Part shown: piece by piece, positions 36,381 through 49,040 of the stretch
How the letters are laid out: each line of letters starts with the position of its first letter
How positions within the stretch are numbered: position 1 is the first letter of the stretch
From: Camelus dromedarius
Lineage: Eukaryota
NCBI RefSeq assembly: GCF_036321535.1
Contig: NC_087437.1
Span: 58,964,001 to 59,028,000 of the forward strand
Direction: 5' to 3'
Length of the DNA: 64,000 nucleotides
Position numbers and translations under genes: made by a program
The notes under the pieces: generated by a model
What the model was told of the DNA's origin: nothing
Databases searched by the model: none
What the model saw: only the letters and a program-made list of their open reading frames with translations

Positions 36381-38999
36381 ACACTCTTGCTTTCTGCACC
36401 ACTAGGGCTCCCTCCTTCACTCAGGTCTCCCAGGCTCAGCAGGCAGTATGCCATAATTCTCAAGAAGAAAGAACACATTTTAGGGTTTGACAAGCCCAAC
36501 ATTTGCATGTCTGTTTTCAGAGAAATACCCATCTGGGGGGATTAAGCCTCCCCTCCCCCCCATCCAACCCAAAGTATGAAAACATTCTTGACATAACTGC
36601 CTTAAAAAGGATTTCTAAAGAGAAAAATACCACCCATACCTTGTGATTTCAGTGTCTTGGTGTAAAAAGTACAAGAAAGAAGGGGGTGGGGTGGAGAACA
36701 GAAAGGAAAAAAATATATATCTCCTTAGTCAAATGTCTCTTTAATCTTAAAGTAGGCAGTACATAGTCTCTAGTCTCAGGAAATACACGTTGGTGTATAT
36801 TTCATCCTTAGGCATCATCTCTTCTCCGAGGAGCAGGGGCTGAGCTCCCCTAGGCCTAGGGGACAGGCAGGACCAGCACTAGAGGAAGGGGTGAAACCCA
36901 AGGCCCAGACCCAGAGGCACTGGCAGAGCAGGGAGCGACAGGGAGCACTCCCTGGAACATTTTACACTGGGACTTGGGCTATTCAGATATGAAAAGGCTC
37001 TGAACTGGAGAGAGAAAAGATAAATCTTACCTCATATTTGGGCCTGGCCTACTGTGAGCATATAAATTGAATTCTTCAGGGGGATTCCCGGAAAAAGGCC
37101 GAGTGGGGTGACTCATCCTAAATTTATTAGAGATTTTAGTTGAAGATGATTTCCACAAAGGCCAACTCCTCTCTGCCAGGTTAAGAAGCTGATGAAATTA
37201 TAAGCAACCAGGCCCTTCTGACATGGTGGGCTTTACTGCCATTGTCCCAAAGAAGGTGAAGTTGTACCCAAGAAAGTGGTTGAGGACTGAGCAGCTGGTC
37301 CAGGGAGATGTAACAAAAGTCAATTTTAAAGTTTTGAGGGTAAAGGGAATGTGGCATTGCCCAGGATAAGAACCATCCGCTCAACAATTGAACATCTATG
37401 CTGAGCAGGACCCTGAGTTCCATGGTGATTCCTTTCAACTTCAAGAAAGCATGTTGGCCCACAAAGGCCTGGAAAGGCAATATGGAGGGAAGAACGGGAA
37501 ATTTAGAAAACCCCCATGAGTTGGTTAACTGTGGAAGGGCTGGGAGACAGGACCCAGCACATGATGCTGGAGACAGGTGACCCCCACCTCCCCATACACA
37601 CACAGGATGCTCAGAGACTTCCTGTGGCCTGAGCCCAGAATGGCACAGGCTGAGGCCCACACCTTTGTGTGTCAGTCAGGAGGACAGTTTCAAAATGAAG
37701 CCAAAGGGAAGGAGCCAGCAGGAAAGGACCTCTTGTCCAAGGAGTCCAGGAAGGGCTAATGGGGAGAGCTCCACCTGGCCTGGGAGAAGAGGGGGAAGAC
37801 CTCACAGGACCTGTGCCCTGATGGAAGGAGCCTGCACAGAACTGCTGGGACCGGGACCAGGGGAGGCCAGGAGCAGAGGCCTCACCTGGGCCTTGGGCTG
37901 CACTGCGACATCCAGGCATGCCCTCCAGCCACTGCAGAGGGCAATAATCTAATCACTGCTGGAAAGCAGAGGGCTAGGCCAGGACCGGCCTGACAGAAGA
38001 AGCTTGAAGGGGGAAAGAGGGTGAAGGGCGCGCACTGTGAAGCCAGAGACTTGCTTTAAAGGAGAAATATTTCCTCCAGTCCCCATTAATCCTCAAATCC
38101 ATAATTAGCTGCCTGAGCTAAGTGAGGTAAGAAAACTCGCCAGGAAAGAAGTCCTCCTTTCTTGGCTCTTGTCCAAAAGTGTGGCCAAAAGAACAATTGC
38201 ACCCCCTTTACGTCTTCTCCCAGTAACAGATTAATTTCAAAATTCCTTCTGAGGTACACAGTAGGTGTACCATATAAGATGGTGTACTTTGGATGTCACT
38301 CCTGAATTTCTGTGTGAACATCCAGATTTCCCTCTGCAGGACCTAAGTGAGGCTGGAGGGGACGTTTGCAGGCGGCTGACAGCGATGATGTCCCAGGCAG
38401 ACAGGCTCTAGGAGACAGTGGGGACTGATGTCTGGATGGGACATCTGGCCCCAATACTGCCCCCCTGGAAGGACAGCATGGAGACCCTGAGGCATTCAAG
38501 CGGAGGGCTGGGGGGGGGGGGTTAAAGCCCACTCAACACCCGGCACCATCTGCACCACCTGCCTCGCTGCCACCCTCGGCCCCGACTCGACCACCCAGTT
38601 CTGCTCCGTGCTGAACTGATTAGTCATTCATAACGCTTAAGTCATTAATTCAGGAAGGAAGCCACGCTAGCTGCCTCCTCTTCTGGCCGGGAGTTTGCTG
38701 CCGTTGCAAAACAGATGAGTAATCAGACATTCCCGGAGCCCTCGTTAAGCCCATTGCCAAGAAAGGTGTCTCGCCGCTCATTTGCTGGTGGAGAAACCAC
38801 GCTACAGGACCTGAATCACACTGGGTCCCAGGGAGAACAAGGCCACACTTGCCTGAGTTCAATATTGCATCACTGAGATCAGCAACAGGAGAGGCTCACC
38901 AGGTCACTCAGCCCCACGGATCCCACCCACAGCCCCAGCCTGGCTGACCCTCTGTGGGGCATTCTGCTACTTCTGGGGTTTGGGGAGACAAACAGGCTG

Positions 39000-39130
39000 G
39001 GAGGGATGCTAGAGCCCACTGTCCCCATTTGATAGATGGTAAAACTGAGGCCCAGGGAGGCAGTGGCACTTGTCCAAAGTTAAATAGCTAATTAACACAG
39101 ACTTTGGATAGAACTCTCATCTCTCAATTC
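39000..39130 (-). mobile_element. MIR fragment
   Basis: ccccatttgatagatggtaaaactgaggcccaggg...cttgtccaaag. Confidence 0.8.
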
Positions 39131-39204
39131 TCTTGTTCCCACTGAACTCCAAAATTGCTCCAAGATTCATATTAAGGCTTGAATGTTAAGGAAACGCGTG
39201 AATG

Positions 39205-39615
39205 ACAAAATAATGGAAGCCACCCAAATATCCATCAGTAGGCAAATAGTTTTAAAAATGAAATGTAGGTTAAATAATGTGAACTGCTAATCAGCCATTT
39301 AGAAAGATTGGCATGGCTCCCCATGTTCTGATATGGAGCTATCTCCCTGATACAGTTTTATAAGCAAGGAAACAAGATATAGAAACAGTCCATGGTATGC
39401 TACATTTTGGAAGAGGAGAAACACACACACATGAGTGTGCATATGTGTGGACTATCTCTGAAGGACCCACAAGAAACTGGCAACAGTGGTTGTGCCGGGG
39501 AGAGGGCCAGGGAGACAGAGTATCATGAACAAGACAGGAGGGCCTTACTTTTTTTTTTTTCTCTTACAACTTGGATTGTTTACTGTGGGCCTATGCAACC
39601 TACTTAAAAATCTAA
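39205..39615 (+). mobile_element. L1ME 3' fragment
   Basis: tggaagccacccaaatatccatcagtagg...ctgatatgga...aagaaactggcaacagtggttg. Confidence 0.6.
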
Positions 39616-39884
39616 AAATCACACCTCACCCTTGGACTTGGAGTCAGGGATCCTGATTAACCATAACACATAGTAGGTTCTCAGGAAATTCAAGCTGAAT
39701 AAACAATAGACTGATGATTGGAAGATGAGTGAATGAACAGAAATGAGTCTGCTTTTTCCTGAGCTCCAAGATAATAATTAAATATACACATCACATTTTG
39801 GAAAAACACAGGAACATAGATCACAGTACTTAAGAACCAAAAGGAAGAACTAGGATTATGGTGGGCAGCTTCTCAATGGGAGAG

Positions 39885-40035
39885 TGGTAGGAGTCTGAGA
39901 ACCGGGGCTCAAGTTCCTTGGTCAACTGAAATCTCAGAAACCTCAGTTTCCTCATCTGCAAAATGGGAATAGTTATATCTCCTTCCTGGAATTTTTGTGT
40001 GGCTCAAATGAGATCATGGATGGGAAAGCACTTCA
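39885..40035 (+). mobile_element. MIR
   Basis: cctcagtttcctcatctgcaaaatgggaatag...tcaaatgagatcatgg...aaagcactt. Confidence 0.85.
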
Positions 40036-41483
40036 TGACTTCTAATGTTTGGAACAGGTTGAAGGACTGTGGTTACCATTGATAATACCAGTTATTTTCA
40101 GAGCCTGTGGTCACAAAGGGGCAGCAGCAGGAAGAGAATGGCTTCGTTCCTCCATGCCCTGAAACTTTCGTTCCTGGTAAGTTGTCTGGTCACTGGAGAG
40201 ACCCTAAGAGGAATCACACCTTGAGCTGAATCAGCCACCACCTTGTCATTGACCCACCAGCCTCTCAGTGGGGCATGACTGATGTCCAGGGGACAGCAGA
40301 GTCTCAGGAAAGGCCCAGGCACCCTCACAGGGGGCTGCGGGGGACAAATCCAGCTCCTGCTCTGGGGGGCGGGATGAGGGGCCGCCGGCTGAGCCTGTCT
40401 GGTGGGCGTGTGGCAAGAACAGTACCTCGAGGAAGGATGGAGACTGCAGAGAAAGCAGAAGGAAAACTCCTCCACAGTGACCCGGAAAAGGTGCTGCAGG
40501 AGCTCCTAGGTCATCTCTCCAGCTCCCAGGGAGCTGCCATCCACGTGCTCCGGAGGGAACTCAGGGAAGCCCGGACGCTTGTTCCCACCCTGTGGCTGAG
40601 GCAATGGAGGCTCAGAGAGAACGGAACCATTTATGGAGACTTAGAACCAAAGACCCTGCCTGCATGCCAGCTGTATCCATCTGTGTCCACGAAAAACAGC
40701 GCCTAGTAAGCATTTAGTCAGTGTTAGTGGACTAAATGGAAGAAAGCCCCACAATGATGCTTGGAAAGGGTGGGACAGCCATCATCTCAGATACAAACAT
40801 TCGTTGTCTGAGTGGAAGAAGAAAGCTAGGCAGCGCTGTGGGGACACGAGGACTTCGTGAGGAAACACCCTTCCCAGTGGAGGGCCATCCATCTGGTACA
40901 TTTAGGGACCACTTATTTTGCATACGGGCCGCCTGGGGCCCAGCGTTCTGAGCTGCCCTTCACCCTTGGTCTCTCTCACACCCACTCCTGACCTTCAAGG
41001 CATCTCCCAGCTCCATCTCACCCCAGCTGTATCATGGCTGCCATATTTCCTCTGTTTCCTCCATGGGGCCCGCCCATCTCACATTATTGTGCTCGCTCGT
41101 TCATTAATTCATCCAATGTCTACTGAACACTGACATGCCAAACACGCCACTAGTATTATTTCATAGGAATGATCATTGAAAACTGCACAAAATTTGGTAT
41201 GTCCCTCAGAGAAAGCCATTCCAAAGAGAGAAAAAGCCATTCCAAAAAAAAAAAAGAAATCTTAACATGAAGTCATTTCTAAGCAAACCGGGGCAGCAGT
41301 CAAAAGCTTGAGTTCTTATGAATGCGTTATTATGCCTTAATTATATTCCTCTGTCTTAAATTCTCCTTCTGTCAGCAGAATGGAATCAAGAAATGGCAAC
41401 ATTTTCCCATCTGATGTTTTTAAACCAGATTACAAAGGCATGGAGTTTTCATTTCACATGCATTCACTTCTGGGTCTTGGGTC

Positions 41484-41514
<31 letters not shown>

Positions 41515-42711
41515 TTTTCCTCAAAGCAGATAAATGAGGTTCTAAACTTCAGATAATAAGGCTTAACAGTGAGGTGCTCTTTAAAAAGTGAATCATTTCT
41601 CAGTTCTCCTTTGCTAATCGCTCTTGGTAACATTAATTATGAGTTTGTGCAGCGTGCCCCAAGGCGAGCTCTGCTTTCCCAGGACAATTAAAGTTACTTA
41701 ATTATTAAAAACTGTGTGTGCTGCTGCCCAGAGAGAAAAAGGCAGCCGGGCCTGGCTCCCACAGCCCCCCGCAGGAGTGACCGGACACTCTGTGGGAACC
41801 CAGCTCCTCTCCCTCCCCATTGTCACTCTTTCAATATAATCTAGGAAAATCCCCTCCGTGCCTGGCCCGGCCCTCCCACCCGAGCAGGAGTGATTTAGAG
41901 GCTGGCTCCTCACCGCCTCGGGGCTGGACTCCAGCTTCCCCAGGCCAGTGGCCTGGGGCTGGGAGGCCCAGCGAGATGACAGGGCCTCCACCTGGCGATT
42001 CAGGCCGGAGCAAGGCCCTTCTGACTGAAAGGCTTGGAAAACACTGAGCCCTTGGTTCTGAATGGGTTCCTCCTGAGCCCATTCTCCCTCAGGAGCAGGA
42101 GGGGGGCCATGGCCAGGCGGCATCAGCAGCAGACGTTACCAAGAGCAAATGCTCATTTGTAACAGCCTGCTTCCTGATGGTTCTTGGTGGTAGGAGTGAA
42201 GAAATTGGAGGTGGTCCTACTTCTGTCATTCCTGCCTCCTGAGTCTTGGCTTCAGAGTCCGAGCATCCTGCCATCTCTAGAGCCTCCGACTCCTGATGCT
42301 TTGATGAGTGTAACGCTTACCTAGAAAGGAAACTCAAATTTTCCATTTTACCTCCTATTTTCATTCATTCATTCTGCAAGCACCCAGCCTGTGCCACGCC
42401 CCATTCTAGCTCTGGAGACAGAGCAGAGGATGAAGCCTAGAGGGATTCCTGCCCTCCCGGAGGCAACATTCTCAGATTCTTGTCACTGTCTTGCACACAG
42501 GAGGAAACCTAGACCCGGAAGGAAGGAGGCTGGTCCTAGAGTCTCCCAGGAAGTCGCTGACTCAGGCAGGGACCCAGTCCTCCTGACCCCCAGCCTGGGA
42601 GCTTTCAACAGGCTACTCATCTGTTTCTACCTTTACTTTGCCCCCTCCTAATCTATTTAGTTCCTTCCCATCCCCAGCTCTCCCCTGGGCTCCAAGTCTC
42701 CAGGGAAATCT

Positions 42712-43016
42712 AGTCCAGTGAAATATGCTGCCCGTGAATGCGAGCACATACATTTTAAAATTCTAGTAGCCACATTTTAAAAAATATACTTTAAGATGAA
42801 ATTTAATGGTAGATTTTGTTTACCCCATGTATTCAAAAACGATAATTTTCATTTGAAATCATCTGAAAATAATTCATAAGATCTTCCACATTTTTTAAAT
42901 TAAATCTTCAAAATCCAGTGAGTATTTGACATTTAGAGCACATCTCAATTTGGATGGCCATGTATCAGGGGCTCAATAGCCACATGGGGCCAGGTTCACT
43001 GTCCTGAACAGCACAG
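42712..43016. mobile_element. MER33-like hAT-Charlie element
   Basis: ttctagtagccacatt...aaatcttcaaaatccagtg...agcacatctcaatttgga...gctcaatagccacatg...aacagcacag. Confidence 0.85.
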
Positions 43017-43159
43017 GTGTAAGGTCCCTCCCATCTCTATCGCCCCTCATTACTCAGTACAATCCAGGGACAGGAGTGAGCGGTTCATGCATACAGCATG
43101 GCAGGGGAAGGCTGGAGCATGGCTCCTTAGATACGGGGTTTAGGGGGGCATCTTCCCCA

Positions 43160-43490
43160 GGACACTGGTACTGTGGAATACTATGTAGCCAAGAAAAAGC
43201 CCAAAGATACTTTTATGGATTCTTATGGAAAGAGCACAAAGATATGTCATTAAGTGAAAAAGGCAAGATACAAACAGTGCATATGGAATTCCACCACTGC
43301 ATGGGGATACATGTGGTTGGTTGGATATGCACAGGCCACCCGTAGAAGGATTCATAAGAACTAAAAACATCAGAAGGGAGAACCGGATGAGTGGAAGACA
43401 TGGGTGGGGACTTTCGCCTCATGTGTGTTTTCAGTTTGAATTTTGGAATATGTGGATGTGCTACTTACTCAAAACTTAAAATAAAAACTC
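43160..43490 (+). mobile_element. L1ME 3' fragment
   Basis: ctgtggaatactatgtagcc...cattaagtgaaaaaggcaagatacaaacagtg. Confidence 0.6.
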
Positions 43491-44037
43491 TTCAATTAAT
43501 GGGCACACGTGGAGCACATGAGCCTGCCCAGCACAGCTCTTGTCCCCCTACCCCATGTGGTGCATCAGGAGGGGCGAGTACAGGTCTCTGGTGTTACTGC
43601 TGCCCCACAATAGGAAGAGGGAGGCTTGGCGAAGGCCCAGTGCAGGAAGGCATGATATCAAGTGATTTTAAAAGGCTCTTTTGTTTCTGGAAAGGCAACA
43701 GCTTCCACTCCGCATCCCTGCCCCCTTTCCCAGACCGCTGTCTCTGGGATCCCTTCACCACCTGCTGCAAGAGCATCACTCTTCCCCCGGAAGAGCTCAT
43801 GGCCTGAGGTGGGAGGGGAGGGCGGCGCTGGCTGGGAAGGGGTGGCATCTTCTCTTCCCAAAGGAATTCACTCCCAGATGTCATTTCCAGAGGCATGATG
43901 CCACCCTGCCAGCTGCCCTCTAGATCCTGGCATCTCCAGCCTGCATATGACACAGAGCGATGGAACTAAGAAAAGAGAGCAGGAGCCTGTGAGTGCACAT
44001 GTGAGTCCATGTGCACAGCTGGAGTCCATGCTCCAGC

Positions 44038-44290
44038 GTTCATTCACTCATTCATTCATCCTGTCAACAAACATAGCTGGGCATCTCCTCTTTTTCAGTC
44101 GCTGTGCTAGACCCTTGGGGTAAAGCAGGAACAAGACCACTGAGACCCTGCCCTCTTGGAGCTTCCAGTCCAGTGGGAGACATAGGTACTAAATTAAAAA
44201 TAATCCACTCCTATCTATTGTCATATGTGAAAGGAAAATTGCACGAAATCAGGGCACACAAGCTCATCTAGGTGGCTGCGGAAGGTGGGC
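44038..44290 (-). mobile_element. L2 3' end
   Basis: cattcactcattcattcat...ctgtgctag...ccctgccctcttggagcttccagtccagtgggagac. Confidence 0.8.
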
Positions 44291-44427
44291 TCACGAACTG
44301 GCATTTACTTGACTCTAAGAAGTTTATAAATAAAGAGATAAGATGTGACCTGTAGGCTTACATGGATAGGGGTCCCACTATTAATCTGCTCTGTGTTCTT
44401 AAATAAACCGCATCCTCTTTTCAAAGA

Positions 44428-44587
44428 AATTTTTATTTGAAAATAAATTAAAAATTTCAAAAAAGTGTAAAAATAAAATCAATACAAGAGCATCTGTATG
44501 TTTTTTAGCCAGATGATTCACTCTGGTTACATTTCTCCCCATTTACTTTATCAGTTGTTCTCTCTCTCTCTCTCTGTGCGTGCACGC

Positions 44588-44630
<43 letters not shown>

Positions 44631-44695
44631 TTCTTTCTGAACAATTTGAGGGCACCTTCCATACATCATGGCTCTTAACGACTGAATACCTCAGA
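44428..44695 (-). mobile_element. L1MC-type 3' end carrying a compound (TC)n-(CA)n microsatellite
   Basis: tttttatttgaaa...ttacatttctccccatttactttatc...ttctgaacaatttgag...catcatg...gaatacctcag. Confidence 0.65.
44559..44628. repeat. (TC)8, mixed RY, then (CA)18
   Basis: Read directly. Confidence 0.95.
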
Positions 44696-46744
44696 ACCCC
44701 ATGCCCTTTCTGAGCTCAACCTGCTCAGCTCCAGTGTGGGAAGGGAACTCTGTCCCCTCTCTTCTCCCAGAGCGGTGACAAAGAGCACAATTGAGCCCGC
44801 ACGAGCATATCTTGGCATGTGGAGCAAAATCACTGTCATCTTTTTGCTAAGCCCTTCTTGGCAATCAGAAATGAAATTCAAAGTGTTTTCCCAGAGACAT
44901 GCCCAGGGTCTCAGTTCCTCCAAAAGACAGCCTGCTCTTCAGCGGCCTGGGGTGTGGGTTTTTTGGAGGGAGGGTCTTAGGGGGTCAGCTGTGCTGCCCT
45001 GGCGAGGGCAGCTCTGGCTGGCCGGCTCTCCACACTGCTCAGGGGAAGCTTCTCAAGGCAACCGTGGCTGACACAGCCGCTGCTCCCCCGCCCCAGGGAA
45101 GGGCTCCTTCTTGATGAAATGGAACTGAGCCAGGGCAGAAACCCTCTCCCAGCCGGGCAGCCCTGCATTCAGAAGCACAATAGCGTTGGTCCTCTCAGCG
45201 GGTTTGGAGAGCCATTCCCTTAATGAGAACGATAAATTCACAAGAAAAGACTGGTTGCCAAGCACAAACCGGGGAAGTGCTCTCCGGGCCCCGGAGCATG
45301 GGACACGCAGAATCCACAGCTGGACAGGGACCAGTCTCAGACCTACTGAGTCAGAACATCTGGGCTCCGAGCCTGGCAAACTATATTTTTAAAAGCTTCC
45401 CAGGTGAAGAGCAGTCATTTTAGCAACCACTGGCCTAGAGACCCTCTGAGATTCTTCCAAGCCTGAGGTCCTTCGATGGTGGGAAAAGAGACCTAGAGGT
45501 AGAAGCTACGCAGACTCAGTGAAGGGGCACCAGGAATGAACTTCCGTCTCTCCAGAGCAGAAAACTCTCAGGGCCTTTGCTGGCAGCTCATGAGTCTCGG
45601 AAGGGAACCCAGCACAGCCAAGCCTCAGTGTGTGTGCAGAGATGTCATCAGCATCTCTCCTCCTTGGTTTCCGCAGACCATCCCTGATGCAGGCAGAGTT
45701 CTGTCCTTGAAACAGGCTCTCCCTGAGCAGGGGGTGAGAGGCAGAAGAAATGCACTGAAGCGGTTGAGTTCTGCTCTGGCAGCGATGGGGGCCACTCGCT
45801 GGGGCACAGCTGTGGGCAAGGCCAGGTGCGGTGGGCAGCCTCCGGGTGAGCCCGAGGGCCCAGCTGCCCACCGCAGTCAGGGAGCAGTGCCGGGTCTTGA
45901 CTCATTCAGTGCCTCTCAGCAGCAGGCCCGGGACTTCCCCCTCTGGCCGCCCTGCAGCTTCTCCCCCTGCTCTGGATGGCTGGCTTATTTTCTTTTCCTC
46001 CAGTTACCCACACCCCACGATGGGGTCACTCTGCCCCACACTGGAGGCTTCTTCTTGAGTTTCTAGGCAAACACAGGGACCCTGGGGCCCAGCAACTTTA
46101 TCCCTCCCATCATTAAACACTGGACTCCCAGGAGGCCAAAAATTGTGTCAGAGTTGGCTCCTTCCTCCGCTGCCCCAGCCCTCAGCCCTTCCGGAGGCAG
46201 AGAGCAGGCATTAAGGACTCAAGAGGGAGGGATGAAGGGAGGGAGGGAGGGAGGCAGGGAGGCTGCAGTAAATCTGCAGTGAAATCCAGTTCTTAATTGA
46301 CGCACTGCATCAGATCTCTCCCCAAGGTCTGTTCCAGGAACGTCCCTCAATCAAACCCAGTTCAGAATGACTTCCCCTCCCACCCCCATCACTCTAGGAC
46401 TTCTCTTGTGAGGACAGAGTGTGAACTAAGCTAAGAGTGTGAACTAAATGGATTTTATAAAGATTTGCCAGATGTAAACATAGCACAGAATAAATAATCA
46501 ATTGAAAGAATGAACATGTCTGAAGGTCCACATCTGGCCTATTCCTTCAGACCTGGAGGCAAAAGACACCTCCTCAGTGAAAGCTTCCTGGATTTCTCCA
46601 ACCAGAAGTGATCAAGTGATCTCTCCCTCCTCTAAAACCACACAGCACGGGACCCATCCTTCTTTGGCTGACTAGCTGAAGTTTTCTACCCGTTGATACA
46701 GGCATTTTGTGTACATGGCAGGGTGATAGAAAGAAACCAGCAAA

Positions 46745-47365
46745 GGCTTTGCAGCCAGAGGGTCCCAAGTTCAAATCCCCCTTCTCCTTCAAACTTGCTG
46801 GGCAAATATGGAGGAGGTGCTTAACCCTTTTAATCCTCAATTTCTTCATATGTAAAATCAGAATACTAACTATGTCCAGAGTTGTGGTGAGGGTTAGCAA
46901 GGTGGTAGAAAATAACAGCATTTGCAGTATTTCCATATTTCTTCTCTTCAAAGCCCAGAGAAGGATTACACTTCTCTACCCTGTGCTTGAAGTTAGATGT
47001 GGCAATATGACATCCTCTGGCCAATGGGATATGAGCAGAAGTGGTGCATATCACTTTCAGACAGAATCACTTAGAAGCTGGTGCACAGTTCTCCATGCTC
47101 ACTTCCCCTGCCACAGGGAGTTCAAAGGAAATCGTGGCATCCGATGGTGGAGCATCCAGCAGATTGGCAACCATGAGCAGCCCCTTCCCCAGAAAGCTGT
47201 ATTGGGAATGTAACATCAGTAAGAAATAAACTTGTGTTGCTTCCAATCACTAAGATTTGGGGCTTGTTTGTTACCACAGCATTACCTAATTTATCCTGAC
47301 TAATACAAGACATAAGGTATGTAGGACTCAGCACAGCTCTGATACAGAGTAAGTGCTTGATAAAA
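46745..47365 (+). mobile_element. MIR interrupted by an MLT1 LTR
   Basis: agttcaaatccc...cctcaatttcttcatatgtaaaat...gttgtggtgagggtt; resumes at 47310 with tatgtaggactcagcacag...agtaagtgcttgataaa. Confidence 0.7.
46901..47307 (+). mobile_element. MLT1I/J-type MaLR solo LTR
   Basis: cttgaagttagatgtggc...tctggccaatgggatatgagcagaagtg...agaaataaacttgtgtt...tttgttaccacagcattaccta...ctgactaataca. Confidence 0.85.
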
Positions 47366-47984
47366 CATGTCATGGTTGAAGAAACACACAGACAAATGTC
47401 TGATCAAATGACCAAAGGAATGAACTAGTAACTACTTCCAGACCAATGCTGCTTTCTCTAAGGGAAGTTTGTGACAATTCTTCTAACCTCTTTATGGTGA
47501 GTGTAAATGCTTTATGCAGATGCCACTGGTGGCCAGGTTACTGCCAAGGCAAGAGGCAAAAGGCTGCCCTTTATGACATTTTTTCCTGCCTACCTAGGGA
47601 TGCATTGTCACCCATGCGGTCCCACATGTGTCCTTGGACACTACTCTGCTACCTCTAACTGGGGTGATGGGAGCCAGGGTCCTCAGTTCAGGCATCTTTG
47701 CCATGGGAGATCCCATCTGGAGACTCCTAGCAAAGTAACCCTTGAGAATCCCTTGAGCTTCCTCACCACGCACAAGGCACACTCATCTGGGAGAAGAGCC
47801 TAAGGACAGGGAGCAGATGGGACCCACAGCTGAGGTTCTCCCCTCCTGGAAATGGAGGGGCCTCTGTAGGGGGCTGGGAAGCACAACCAGGGCCCAGTGG
47901 AAGATACACAGACCTCAGTCCAGAAAGGGGCTGAGAACTGGCCTGGCAGCTCCCTGGCAAGTGTATGGGGCTCAGCAAGCTTAC

Positions 47985-48095
47985 CAAGTAATTCCACATC
48001 CAGAGACCAACTTGATGATGCTGCCTAGGTGGGAATCATTACTGTCCCCATTTCACAGAAAAGGAAACTAAGGTTCAGAGCAGGGAGATGAATGC
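47985..48095 (-). mobile_element. MIR fragment
   Basis: cattactgtccccatttcacagaaaaggaaactaaggttcagag. Confidence 0.7.
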
Positions 48096-48894
48096 TTCAG
48101 GACACCGCATAGCATCTACAGGAGGTAGATTCAGTCGTCGACGTGAGGAGCTTGCTCAGGATTTTCCCTCTGCACCTAAGGGGAGCCCTTTTGATTCCTT
48201 CATGTTGCTTTAAGAGCATCCTTTTTCCTCCTGTTGATTCCTACTGCTTGATGAAGCAGGCATATGGCATGTTCACCCCCAAAATCCTGAATGACTGCTC
48301 CCCACAGCTATAAACAATGACGGAGAAGGAGTGAGAGAGAGAGAGAGAGAGGAAATGCAACCCCGGAAACCAACACAGCACCGAGGAGAAGAGGAGAGCA
48401 TTCTCTGAAGAGCCGCACTCCCGGCCCCTCTGCAAAGGGAGGTGTGTGCACCAGAGGCGGCAGCAGTAATACACCGAGTGTCACTTTCCAGCAGACTCAA
48501 GGCCATAGCAAGGAACTGGCAAGGATCAAGTCCAAAAGGCAAGACGACTGGAGCTGGGAGAGCAAATGCCAGGTCAGGTGGAGGGAGGGTGGGTGACAAG
48601 AATAGGTCCAGGAAACCTGAGGGCACTGGGGCTCCCTCTCCTGCGGTGTTTGTGTGGGTCTGAGGACAGGCGTGGCAGCCACAAGGGCCCTGCAGGGTGG
48701 GGCGTTCCTGGCTGCAGTTTCCTTTTCTGGCTGATGAAGGGTTGACACGAGTTCCTTTGCTTGCCCCAGCTCTGACATTGCAATGGTCTTCGTGAATGGA
48801 AAGCCTTCTGAGTTTCCATCTCTAGACCACTGAGGGCGGAGCCACATCCAAGTTCCAAGTACACCAGCCAGCACAGCAACTGTCACTGTGCTGT

Positions 48895-49040
48895 GTCCTT
48901 CAGTCCTCACGACCCAGCAAGGAGGGTAGGTCACTTGTGCGGGACCAGTGGGGAAACTGAGGCGTGAAGTGGTGAAGGTCCTTTCCTAAGCACCACAGTT
49001 CATCAGTGGAGGACCCCAGATTTGAACCCAGCCCCACCTG
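48895..49040 (-). mobile_element. MIR fragment
   Basis: ggggaaactgaggc...agatttgaacccag. Confidence 0.6.

Noticed and set aside
46707..47213. 168-aa ORF with a hydrophobic stretch
   Set aside because: Reads through MIR and MLT1 sequence
12433..47500. Isolated strong splice donors (12638, 16810, 38125, 40175, 47496)
   Set aside because: Several are expected by chance in 64 kb, with no consistent open exon chain
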